From: Armatimonadota bacterium
GTDB lineage: Bacteria > Armatimonadota > Hebobacteria > CAIYQO01
Length of the DNA: 64,000 nt
Direction of reading: 5' to 3'
Assembly: GCA_038248345.1 (NCBI GenBank)
Contig: JBBRXO010000006.1
Span: 10 to 64,009 of the forward strand
Shown here: piece by piece, positions 55,716-64,000 of the stretch
Numbering within the stretch: the first letter of the stretch is position 1
How the letters are laid out: each line of letters starts with the position of its first letter
Notes under the pieces: model-generated
Told to the model about the DNA's origin: nothing
The model's input: only the letters and a program-made list of their open reading frames with translations
Database searches by the model: none
Program-made: the position numbers and the translations under genes

Positions 55716-57944
55716 TTAGAGAACCGGGTTCTCGGCACGAGCTTTCAGTTTTTCCCAGCGGGTATCGATTTCCGTCTGGATTGACTCGGCGATGTCGGCG
55801 AACTTCGGCGTGGCAATGTGGCTGAACATGGAGCCCATCTTTGCCAGTGCTTCGGTTACCGGGATCTTCGAGTTGCTGGTTTCCGGGTTGTAGTTGAGCG
55901 TAGTGACGCCACATTCCACTTCATACAGTGGGTGAATGCAGCTCTTCACTATGGCATCGATGACATCGTTGCCCTGGCCCGGATCGCAGCCCCAGTTGAG
56001 CGGGCAGGCGCTGAACAGCTTGCCGAAGGCGAAGCCGCCGTTGCGTACCGTTGCCTGCGCTTTGCGCGCTTTGGCGATCATGTCGCGGGGGTTGCTCTCG
56101 GCAGCCTGGAAGAGATACGGCGCGTTAGTGCCGCGCATGATCTCCACGATGTCCTTGGACTGCGTGAGCTTGCCGCGCTGGCCGGGGCCGACGCCCGCGT
56201 TGGAGTTGCGCTGGCCCTTGATACCGGAGTAGCAGAGCTGGCCGCCGGTGTTCATGTAGCCCTTGTTATCGTACTCGAGGAAGATGATCGGGTCATTGCG
56301 CAGCGAAGCGCCGATCAGCTGATCCATGCCGATATCATCGCCACCGTCGCCGGAGACGCAGATGAAGGTGATCTCTTCATCGGGGATCTCACCTTTCTGG
56401 CGGAAGCGGTGGTACATCTCCATGATACCCGTCGCGGTAGACGAGTTGTTATGGAAGAGGTTGTGTACGTAGGGAACCTTGTGCGAGGTGAACGGGAAGC
56501 CGGTGGTCACCACCATACCGCAACCGGTATTGAAGATGAACACCACTTTGCCGTCGATACCACGCAGGAAGAGGTTCAGGTTAGTGAAGATGCCACAGCC
56601 CGGGCAAGCAGAATGCTTGTCGATACGTGTCGGCATGTTCGAGAGCTCTTTCAGGTCGATCTTATCTTTACCGGCATTCCAGGTGGTCTCTTCGGTGGTG
56701 AGTGGCTTGAGTGTCTGTGGCAGTGCGTCGCCTTCTGGCACGCCCGACCAGGCACCATGGAAGCGACCTTCCAGCGTCTTCAGGCTGGCGTCTACATTCG
56801 GCCAGTTCATCGCCAGGTCGAACATCGGATGACCATCTTCTTCCGGACGGAAGTTAAGACCACCGATGCCGTAGACACGGCTGATCACCTGCGTGGTGCA
56901 GTTGCCGGCCTGCTGCAGTGCAGCAGAGACTTCGTTCTCCAGGTAGTTGCCCGCGCCATACTGGCTGACGCGCTCGGCGACAACCAGGTTCTTCAGGCCA
57001 CCCACTGCTGCAACCATCTCCTTTTTCGGGAAGGGGCGCAGCACTATCGGCTCAACCAGCTTGACGGACTTGCCTGCGGCTTTGAGTTCATCAACGGTGA
57101 TTTTGGCAGCTTCGGCGGCGGAGTTGAGGATGAGTAGACCGGCTTCGGCATTCTCATCGCCATATACTTCGACGAAGTCATATTTGCGCCCGGTGAGTTC
57201 AGCAAATTCAGCGAAGACCTGTGGGATCATCTCGTAGGCCTGCTGCATCTTCTGCTCCATGATGACTTTGGTGTTGATAACGTCATCGTTCATGTAGGGG
57301 CCGAAGGTGGTCGGGTTCTCGGTATCCAGCGCATTGATGCGTTTCGGCTTGGTGCCGACGAAATCCGCTACATCTTTCGGGTTAGCGAAGACTTCGATGC
57401 GGCGGTTAGCATGGCTGGTATGGAAGCCATCGTAGCCGATGATAGCGGGCAAATTGACCGCTTCAGCAATTTTGATGGCGATGATGTTCATGTCGTAGGT
57501 GGCCTGAACATTCGGGGCCAGGAAAGTGAGCCAGCCCCAGCCCAGGGTGGCGGCCAGGTCGCTGTGCCCGTTTTTGATGTTCAGCGGTGCGCTGATTTCG
57601 CGCAGGCTGAGGTTGAGCACCATCGGCAAGCCCATGCCAGCGATTGCGGGCATCTCTTCGGCCTTGAGCATCAACCCCTGTGAGGAAGTGACGTCCACGG
57701 CGCGGCCACCGGCCAGTGCCATACCGGTACAGATACCGATAGCGGCCAGCTCGGAGGTGCCGACGACGAAGCTGATGTCGCTGGTTCCGGCAGCTACTGC
57801 CTTGGCGACAATTTCACCTACTTCGGAAGATGGGGTGATGGGGTAATAGCCCTCACCATCGAATTTAATATCTAAGATCGCCTGTGCAGCGGCGTCGTTC
57901 CCGTTTCCGAGAAACATCTTCTGTTCTGCTTTTACAGCTCGCAT
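55716..57944 (-). CDS. 2-oxoacid:ferredoxin oxidoreductase, fused alpha-beta subunit (PorA/KorA plus TPP-binding PorB/KorB)
   Basis: 742 aa. N-terminal alpha-type domain (GNDAAAQA, GYPITPSSE). C-terminal beta-type TPP domain (CPGCG, GDGG). Confidence 0.85.
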   Translation of the reverse strand: MRAVKAEQKMFLGNGNDAAAQAILDIKFDGEGYYPITPSSEVGEIVAKAVAAGTSDISFVVGTSELAAIGICTGMALAGGRAVDVTSSQGLMLKAEEMPAIAGMGLPMVLNLSLREISAPLNIKNGHSDLAATLGWGWLTFLAPNVQATYDMNIIAIKIAEAVNLPAIIGYDGFHTSHANRRIEVFANPKDVADFVGTKPKRINALDTENPTTFGPYMNDDVINTKVIMEQKMQQAYEMIPQVFAEFAELTGRKYDFVEVYGDENAEAGLLILNSAAEAAKITVDELKAAGKSVKLVEPIVLRPFPKKEMVAAVGGLKNLVVAERVSQYGAGNYLENEVSAALQQAGNCTTQVISRVYGIGGLNFRPEEDGHPMFDLAMNWPNVDASLKTLEGRFHGAWSGVPEGDALPQTLKPLTTEETTWNAGKDKIDLKELSNMPTRIDKHSACPGCGIFTNLNLFLRGIDGKVVFIFNTGCGMVVTTGFPFTSHKVPYVHNLFHNNSSTATGIMEMYHRFRQKGEIPDEEITFICVSGDGGDDIGMDQLIGASLRNDPIIFLEYDNKGYMNTGGQLCYSGIKGQRNSNAGVGPGQRGKLTQSKDIVEIMRGTNAPYLFQAAESNPRDMIAKARKAQATVRNGGFAFGKLFSACPLNWGCDPGQGNDVIDAIVKSCIHPLYEVECGVTTLNYNPETSNSKIPVTEALAKMGSMFSHIATPKFADIAESIQTEIDTRWEKLKARAENPVL

Positions 57945-58873
57945 GTCAGCCCTCCCTCATTCAGTGCTTTCCCTTTTTTCGTTGTCGGGCAGACTGCCAC
58001 GCAGCGCAAGCACGCCTTACAATAGGACAGGTCGATACCCGCCATCTTCTGCTCTTTCCACACGATAGCGCCCGGATCAGCACAAACCATCAAGCATTTG
58101 GCGCAGTCAATGCAGGCTTCGCGATTGAACTCCGGTGCTGGATTGGAACGTGCGCCCGCATTGGAGCGGGTCACCGTGCAGTGTGTCAGTGCGTCAATGG
58201 CACCACCGTTGAGCATGGACAGGTAACCGATGCCACCGCGCTCTTCGGAGGGCGGTACCAGCTCGTACTTGCCGTCAGCGGCGAAGGTCTCGGTGTGCGA
58301 CTCAGCCACGGCCTGCTTATAGGCGGTGACGTTGGCGGTGATCGCCTTCGGCCAGGTGCTCTCGATGTAGTGCTGCACGTCGGCTTCCGGGAATTTTAAT
58401 ACATACGCCAGCATGGCCATCATCGGCATGTTGAGGCGACTATGCGACTCAATGGCGATGCGCTGGGCGTCAAGCGTGATAATCGTACCACTGTGCATCT
58501 GCAGCTCGTCGCGAATCTCGGCGGCGGAACGACAGGTGTTCACGATAACCGTGGCATTCTCCTGCAAGCCCTTGTTAAGCTTGAGCGGGCGAATCAGGTT
58601 TTCGCGAAAGATGCAGAGGATGTGCGGGCGGTTATTAGGGCCGCTCTCGCGCACCGGCGTGCCGAAATCGCACAGCCGTAAAGAAACATCGGTCGGGGTT
58701 CCCTTTTTCTCAGACCCGTATTTGGCGTCGTAGGCGCCATCAAGGTTGAGGTAAGAAGCCCCGATTTTGAACAGGATCTTGGCCGCCATATTGGCTCCGT
58801 CTCCGCCGATAGCGGAAAGCAGACAATTGGTGAAGCCTTGTCCGTCATAGTAGGGTAGTTGATAGTTCGACAT
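57932..58873 (-). CDS. 2-oxoacid:ferredoxin oxidoreductase, fused gamma-delta subunit (PorC plus 2x[4Fe-4S] ferredoxin PorD)
   Basis: 313 aa. Gamma-like N-terminal domain; C-terminal CIDCAKCLMVCADP and CKACLRCVAVCPT ferredoxin motifs. Overlaps the alpha-beta gene by 13 nt. Confidence 0.8.
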   Translation of the reverse strand: MSNYQLPYYDGQGFTNCLLSAIGGDGANMAAKILFKIGASYLNLDGAYDAKYGSEKKGTPTDVSLRLCDFGTPVRESGPNNRPHILCIFRENLIRPLKLNKGLQENATVIVNTCRSAAEIRDELQMHSGTIITLDAQRIAIESHSRLNMPMMAMLAYVLKFPEADVQHYIESTWPKAITANVTAYKQAVAESHTETFAADGKYELVPPSEERGGIGYLSMLNGGAIDALTHCTVTRSNAGARSNPAPEFNREACIDCAKCLMVCADPGAIVWKEQKMAGIDLSYCKACLRCVAVCPTTKKGKALNEGGLTCEL

Positions 58874-59031
58874 CCATCACTCTCCATTGTGGGGGCAGCC
58901 GCCCCCGAATCTGGCAAACAACACATTGTACCACATTTCACAAACATCGTACAACTTGAATATTGCGATAATATTTCGGGCGTGGGTTGACACAATAGAT
59001 GCATACACAGACAATAAGGACGAGAATTATT

Positions 59032-59592
59032 ATGAAATTTGAAACCTATTCGTTAAAGTTAGTCGCCGAGATTGGCGATGTGGTACACCGCGTGGATGCC
59101 GGGCAGGTGGAGACGCTGGTGGATATGATCATGCGTACCCGACGCCTATTTGTGGAGGGACGCGGCCGCTCCGGGCTGATGATGAGCGCCTTTGCCATGC
59201 GCCTCACCCATCTGGATATCCACTGCCACGTGGTAGGCGAGTCCACCACCCCCAGCCTGCAGCCGGACGACCTGTTACTGGTTGGCTCCGGTTCCGGCGA
59301 GACTGTGACGGCGGTGCAGGCGGCGAAACTGGCGAAATCCAACCGTGGTAAAGTGACGGTACTCACGTCACGCCGCTCCTCCACCCTGGCAAAGATCAGC
59401 GATCACCTGGTGATCATCCCCGCCCCGGTGCGGGAAACCGGTGACATTGAGACTGTCAGCACGGTTCAGCCGATGGGCTCCCTTTTCGAGCAAACGCTAT
59501 TAATCGTCCTCGACACCATCGTCCTGATGCTCAAAGACCGCTTGCAGCAAGATGAGCAAATGATGATCGCCCGCCACTCGAATCTGGAATAG
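59032..59592 (+). CDS. SIS-domain protein (6-phospho-3-hexuloisomerase-like)
   Basis: SIS fold motifs (LFVEGRGRSG, LLLVGSGSGET). Start set at the internal ATG (MKFETY). Confidence 0.65.
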   Translation: MKFETYSLKLVAEIGDVVHRVDAGQVETLVDMIMRTRRLFVEGRGRSGLMMSAFAMRLTHLDIHCHVVGESTTPSLQPDDLLLVGSGSGETVTAVQAAKLAKSNRGKVTVLTSRRSSTLAKISDHLVIIPAPVRETGDIETVSTVQPMGSLFEQTLLIVLDTIVLMLKDRLQQDEQMMIARHSNLE

Positions 59593-59673
59593 CCCCCTTC
59601 CCCAGAATATCACAAGCAGGTATAATCTATTTGCCCAGCGTTGACTCGCTGGAGTACCTGCATAGGAGGCCTT

Positions 59674-61767
59674 ATGCGTCTATTGCCTGCGGGATTATTA
59701 TTATTTATCGTCACTAGCCTGTTGCCAGCCTGGGGGCAAGTAGCGGATCCATTAACTGCTGCTCCCCCCACCGGGTCGGAGCGCATCATCTCTTACCATA
59801 CCGCAATTGCTATCCAATACGATGGTGGGGTGGATGTGCAGGAAGATGTAAGAGTGCTGAATACGGGGCAGAATATGCCCAATGGTTTTGAACTCTTTTT
59901 CGCCAATAGTCGCTATGATAGCAATGGGCTGCGCCGAATATTAACACCGACAATCACCCAGGTGTTGCGCGATGGAAAGCCGGAGCCATTCCTGGTAGAA
60001 AAAGGCCCCAAGGAAGCTCGACTGATAATCAGCGGCAGCGGCGGACGCTATCCGGTGGGGTTATACAATTACACCATTCGCTATAGCAGCGACGCCCAAC
60101 TATTGCAACTGCCTGACCGGGACGAGTTGCAATGGGAAGTGCGTGGCGACATCGGGGATCTGGCCGCCGATAGCGTGAGCGTGACCGTGACACTACCAGA
60201 TGGAATGTCTACCACGCAAGCTACCCCATTTGCCCGGGTGACAGCTCTCACCGGTGATACCAATGAGTTTACGATTACCCCCACCGGCGCCAACAGTTTC
60301 ACCTGTACCGCTAGCCGCCCATTGCGCGCCAACGAGAACCTTACCTTCGGCATATCCATGCCGCCGCACCTGATCCTGCGCCCGACTTCCGGGCAGGTAC
60401 AACAGCAGATACTGCGCGATAACCCGGAGATATATTGGGCCATTGCCGGTATCCTCATCGTCTTGCTATATTTCCTCCTCGTCTGGGCCGCAGTGGGGCG
60501 TGACCCCCGCGCGGGCAAAGCGACTCCGCGTTTCACTCCCCCGGCAGCGCTATCGCCGGCGGCAGTTCGCTATCTCAGGCATCTGCATCATGATGATATC
60601 GGCCTGGCTACCGTACTGGTGAACGCCGCGACACACGGGCTGGTGAAGATATCCGAATATACCGACAGCTTCCGCATTATGCGCATCGGCGATACTAATC
60701 CACCGGTGCAGCGACTGGTACTTACCGAGTTGAAACGTGGCTACATCCTCACCTACCCAGAGTTGGCGGCACGCGTGCAGCTAACTGAGGAAGTCGTTAA
60801 GAATGCGGTGCAGCAGCTTATTGACGAAGAAAGCGTGCCTATCGTAGTAAAGAAGGGCAAATTACGGCTGGAGAAAAGCCCGGACATGGAATTGCCGCCC
60901 AGTGATACACCGCTTACGGCAGAGGAATATGCGGTGCTCAACTGCCTGCTGCCGGGTATTACCCAATCAATCATGGTAGATAAGGGCGCGCAAGAGGAGT
61001 TCTACCAGGCACGTAAGGTTTTGTGCGCCTCGCTGGAGGCTGGCTATGCGAAACGCTACTTCTCTACCAACAGCAATTACTTCGGCTTCGGGTTGATAAT
61101 CGCCATCATCGGCCTGCTACCGGCGGGGATGTGGGTGATAATGACAGAAGATGATAGCTGGACACCATGGCTGGCGATGGGCGGCATGACAATCGCCGCA
61201 CTGGTCTTCTTTGTCAGTTTACTGCCTGCCTGGAAACGTGTGCTGGCCGGTGGTCGACTTCTGCGGAAAACGCTCTGGTGGTTGATCCCGGTATCATTGT
61301 TCTTCGCCGGGCTAGGCTTTGTCTGTTCTGATCTGCTACCTCCGCCGCCGATTTACCTGAGTATTTATGCCGTGCTGATGCTGGCGCTGAACATTCTCTT
61401 CCAGAACCTGCTCACTGCCATGACAATGGCCGGTCGCGCAGTGCTCGATAGCATTGAAGGCTTCCGGCATTACCTCACTGGTGAAGTGTTGTTGCCCGAG
61501 GCCCCGGTGACGAATGCCCAGTTCGAGGCCTGCCTCCCCTATGCGCTGGCGATGGATCTCCCTGATAACTGGACAGCTAATTTTGTACGTCCTGCGCACG
61601 GCGATTGTGATCCTAAACCCTACACACCCGCATGGTATAGCGGGGAGGCATGGAAGAGCGGACAACTGGGCCATTTTGTCCATGCCCTCATTGCCGACTT
61701 TGCCATGTCAATTAATGCCATACCAGATGCAGCGGCAACCGCAACGCTGGACAATTCATCGGAGTAA
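59674..61767 (+). CDS. DUF2207-like predicted membrane protein (large extracytoplasmic N-domain plus multi-TM C-terminal region)
   Basis: Start at the ATG with AGGAGG RBS (MRLLPAGLLLFIVTSLLPAWG signal). 5 TM segments in the C-terminal half. Confidence 0.55.
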   Translation: MRLLPAGLLLFIVTSLLPAWGQVADPLTAAPPTGSERIISYHTAIAIQYDGGVDVQEDVRVLNTGQNMPNGFELFFANSRYDSNGLRRILTPTITQVLRDGKPEPFLVEKGPKEARLIISGSGGRYPVGLYNYTIRYSSDAQLLQLPDRDELQWEVRGDIGDLAADSVSVTVTLPDGMSTTQATPFARVTALTGDTNEFTITPTGANSFTCTASRPLRANENLTFGISMPPHLILRPTSGQVQQQILRDNPEIYWAIAGILIVLLYFLLVWAAVGRDPRAGKATPRFTPPAALSPAAVRYLRHLHHDDIGLATVLVNAATHGLVKISEYTDSFRIMRIGDTNPPVQRLVLTELKRGYILTYPELAARVQLTEEVVKNAVQQLIDEESVPIVVKKGKLRLEKSPDMELPPSDTPLTAEEYAVLNCLLPGITQSIMVDKGAQEEFYQARKVLCASLEAGYAKRYFSTNSNYFGFGLIIAIIGLLPAGMWVIMTEDDSWTPWLAMGGMTIAALVFFVSLLPAWKRVLAGGRLLRKTLWWLIPVSLFFAGLGFVCSDLLPPPPIYLSIYAVLMLALNILFQNLLTAMTMAGRAVLDSIEGFRHYLTGEVLLPEAPVTNAQFEACLPYALAMDLPDNWTANFVRPAHGDCDPKPYTPAWYSGEAWKSGQLGHFVHALIADFAMSINAIPDAAATATLDNSSE

Positions 61768-61860
61768 ATCTCTCGAAGGAGTAAACGATGAAATTATTGT
61801 GGGATAAAAAGCTGACAGCGGAGCATCCCTTATCCACATCATTTATACCGGGGGTATGGT

Positions 61861-61895
61861 TTGGAACTTGGAACTTGGAAATTGGAACTTGGAAC
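61861..61895 (+). promoter_or_regulatory. tandem heptanucleotide tract (TTGGAAC)2(TTGGAAA)(TTGGAAC)2, 20 nt upstream of galT
   Basis: Seen in sequence; followed by TAATCATC, the GAAGGAG RBS and the ATG. Confidence 0.6.
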
Positions 61896-61915
61896 TAATC
61901 ATCGAAGGAGTTAAC

Positions 61916-62965
61916 ATGTCATCGTTCTCGCTAAATGATCATTCGCACCGCCGTTTTAACCCACTCACCGGCGAGTGGCTGCTGGTTTCGCCTCACCGGG
62001 ATAAGCGGCCGTGGCAGGGACAAGAAGAAGATACTCCGGTGGATGACCGTCCGGCATATGATCCGGAATGCTATCTGTGTCCCGGCAATACCCGTAAGGG
62101 ACTAACCACTCCCAATCCCGCCTACGAGTCAACCTTCGTCTTCACGAACGATTTTTCAGCTTTGCTACCCGACTCGCCGGAGGGAGGGGTAAATATCGAC
62201 GGGCTGATGGTGGCACAGGCGGAACGTGGCATCTGCCGCGTCATCTGTTTCTCCCCCACTCATAATCTGACGCTGGCGGAGATGACTACCGAGCAGCTCG
62301 CCCCGGTGGTTGACGTGTGGGCGGAGCAGTATAATGAAATAGGCGCCATACCCGACATCAATTACGTGCAGATATTCGAGAACAAAGGCGCCATCATGGG
62401 CTGCAGCAACCCCCACCCGCACGGGCAAGTATGGGCCAGCCAGAGCATCCCCGGGGAACCGGCAAAAGAGTTGCAGACGCAACGCGCTTACCATGCCGAG
62501 AAATGCAATTGCCTGCTCTGCGATTACCTGCGCCTGGAAGAGCAAGCACAAGAGCGCATCGTCTGCGAGAATGAGCATTTTGTCGCGCTGGTGCCCTTCT
62601 GGGCCTGCTGGCCGTTCGAGGTATTGCTGTTGCCGCGCCGCCATACTCGCGCACTGCCGGAATTATCCTCCGAGGAGCGGCTGGCATTGGCGGATATCCT
62701 GCGCCGTCTCACCACCCGCTATGACAATCTCTTCGAGACCTCCTTCCCCTACTCGATGGGCTGGCACCAGGCCCCCACCGATGGCGACGCCCACGAAGAG
62801 TGGCACCTGCACGCACACTTCTACCCGCCGCTGCTGCGCTCCGCCTCGGTGAAAAAATTCATGGTCGGCTTCGAGATGCTGGGCAACCCACAACGCGACA
62901 TCACCCCGGAGACCGCCGCCACTAAATTACGAGCATTGTCCGAGGTGCATTATAAGAAATCGTAG
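61916..62965 (+). CDS. galT: galactose-1-phosphate uridylyltransferase (HIT family, type 1)
   Basis: [38 protein letters not shown] motifs. ATG preceded by GAAGGAG. ORF begins at 61856 but that segment is the heptad repeat tract. Confidence 0.9.
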   Translation: MSSFSLNDHSHRRFNPLTGEWLLVSPHRDKRPWQGQEEDTPVDDRPAYDPECYLCPGNTRKGLTTPNPAYESTFVFTNDFSALLPDSPEGGVNIDGLMVAQAERGICRVICFSPTHNLTLAEMTTEQLAPVVDVWAEQYNEIGAIPDINYVQIFENKGAIMGCSNPHPHGQVWASQSIPGEPAKELQTQRAYHAEKCNCLLCDYLRLEEQAQERIVCENEHFVALVPFWACWPFEVLLLPRRHTRALPELSSEERLALADILRRLTTRYDNLFETSFPYSMGWHQAPTDGDAHEEWHLHAHFYPPLLRSASVKKFMVGFEMLGNPQRDITPETAATKLRALSEVHYKKS

Positions 62966-63003
62966 TATGGACGTCCCCGTAGCATGGGAGCCTGCCCATG
63001 AGA
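62961..63003 (+). repeat. REP family B-like copy downstream of galT
   Basis: cgtagtatggacgtccccgtagcatgggagcctgcccatgag shares the GTAGCATGGG...GCCCATGAG frame. Confidence 0.55.
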
Positions 63004-63081
63004 ACGAGGTCGCAATTCCAGGATTATTTTTTCAACACAGAGATCACAGAGAAGATGAACGGGGCATGTTTCCCCGTTGAA

Positions 63082-63134
63082 ACCCCATTTATGGGGCGCA
63101 TGACGCTAACCCCGGCATTTATGCCGGGGTTAGC
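63082..63134 (+). repeat. family C repeat copy plus 14-bp-stem hairpin downstream of galT
   Basis: accccatttatggggcgcatgacgctaaccccg, then perfect hairpin gctaaccccggcat-tt-atgccggggttagc. Confidence 0.6.
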
Positions 63135-63434
63135 CTATTGTTATAGAAGCACAACAACCTGCAGATTATTTTTCAAAAAAAGTGTAAATAATAGCTGAAA
63201 GATATTGCAGGAATGTTTTTTCAGTGGTAGATTATAATTAAGGTATTAAATACGTGCTGTGATGTTTGTTATGGGTGATTGTATAGTTTCACCAACTCTG
63301 TGAAACTGTTTTGCAATAGATGCGTATTTGTATTGTGTTAGTATCATGGAGGTACAAAAGTGGATGTATTATCCATCTTTTAGTCCCTTATGACATTGTA
63401 TTTTGCAGGTAGGAACTGTAGAGGAGAGTGTACT

Positions 63435-64000
63435 ATGCGTAGAATAATCGGGAAATGGGCTATTTGCCTTTCTATATTGATGTCGATGTCAGCGCTGGCA
63501 ATTGCGCAAGATGCGGCAACTGATCCTGGTGGATTGGATGTGGTAACCACCGGACCGGCCATCACTGTGCCGGATCTGGCAGGATCCAATGTTGATATCA
63601 TCGATCCAGTCGCAGCTGGATCGGCGGTAACTGATGATGAAACCACCGCTACCGCACCAGCAGCTGATCTTAAATTCGGCATCATTAAAGTAAGCTATGC
63701 CGATTTAAGTAGCATTACTGCTGCTCTCGGGGGCACCATGTTGCCATTAGATACCGGCAGCAGCCTCAGCAATGGCTCATCAAATTATCCAACTGGCTAC
63801 CGTTCATCGTACAACAACCAGGGAAACTATTACCCCACATCCTACAACAATGGGTACAACAACAACAACAACAACAACGGCTACAACAACAACAACAATG
63901 GATACAACAACAACAACGGGTATACGAACAATGGGTACAATAACAACAACGGGTACAACAACAACAATGGATACAATAACAATAATGGGTATACGAACAA
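63435..64000 (+). CDS. secreted protein with Asn/Tyr/Gly-rich low-complexity repeats (partial, runs off window)
   Basis: ATG after GAGGAGAG RBS. Signal peptide MRRIIGKWAICLSILMSMSALAIAQ. From about 63780 the DNA is a degenerate 15-21 nt tandem repeat encoding (N)3-5GY units. Confidence 0.5.
   Translation, partial: MRRIIGKWAICLSILMSMSALAIAQDAATDPGGLDVVTTGPAITVPDLAGSNVDIIDPVAAGSAVTDDETTATAPAADLKFGIIKVSYADLSSITAALGGTMLPLDTGSSLSNGSSNYPTGYRSSYNNQGNYYPTSYNNGYNNNNNNNGYNNNNNGYNNNNGYTNNGYNNNNGYNNNNGYNNNNGYTN

Noticed and set aside
61856-61915. First 20 codons of the galT ORF ([20 protein letters not shown])
   Set aside because: This is translation of the (TTGGAAC)n tract. The GAAGGAG RBS and GalT homology begin at the ATG at 61916.

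Overview
This 64 kb window is from a high-GC (~58%) bacterial chromosome and is mostly core/housekeeping sequence. Gene content and local synteny (ileS, then a DksA-like gene, lspA and lgt; rapZ-yvcK; a KimA-type K+ importer; separate secD and secF) suggest a Terrabacteria-like (Firmicutes/Chloroflexi-type) organism rather than a proteobacterium, but the sequence does not settle the phylum. I can support about 53 protein genes, and found no rRNA, tRNA or CRISPR array.

Recognised genes include:
- Transport and metal handling: mntH, a CDF transporter, kimA, copZ.
- Secretion and lipoprotein maturation: secD, secF, lspA, lgt.
- Metabolism: glmS, dxs, metX, fabD, fabG, galT, a fused two-subunit 2-oxoacid:ferredoxin oxidoreductase, pepA.
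- Translation-linked: ileS, prmA, an S1-domain protein.
- Other: scpA, rapZ-yvcK, a MazG-methylase fusion.
- A complete archaeal-type polyamine operon: pyruvoyl-dependent arginine decarboxylase pdaD, speH, speE and speB.

The non-coding DNA is the more interesting part:
- A frameshifted REP-associated tyrosine transposase (RAYT) sits between inverted clusters of a GTAGCC-CGCGCCCGCCGTGGCGCG REP element, with another copy at the mntH stop codon.
- Two further families of dispersed palindromic repeats are present.
- Tandem heptanucleotide (TTGGAAC/TTGAAAC)n tracts of 2 to 5 units lie immediately upstream of four unrelated plus-strand genes; these are candidate contingency or regulatory tracts.
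- The 290-nt ileS leader is highly structured: a 45-bp inverted repeat, C(UUCG)G-loop hairpins and an attenuator-like terminator just before the RBS.
- A 22-codon leader-like ORF with its own terminator sits upstream of the polyamine operon.
- A stop-codon-rich motif (TAA-GTCGCTAGTC...) recurs at three gene ends next to bidirectional terminators.
- Several isolated long palindromes are present.

Product calls rest on motif and family recognition by eye; no database search was possible.
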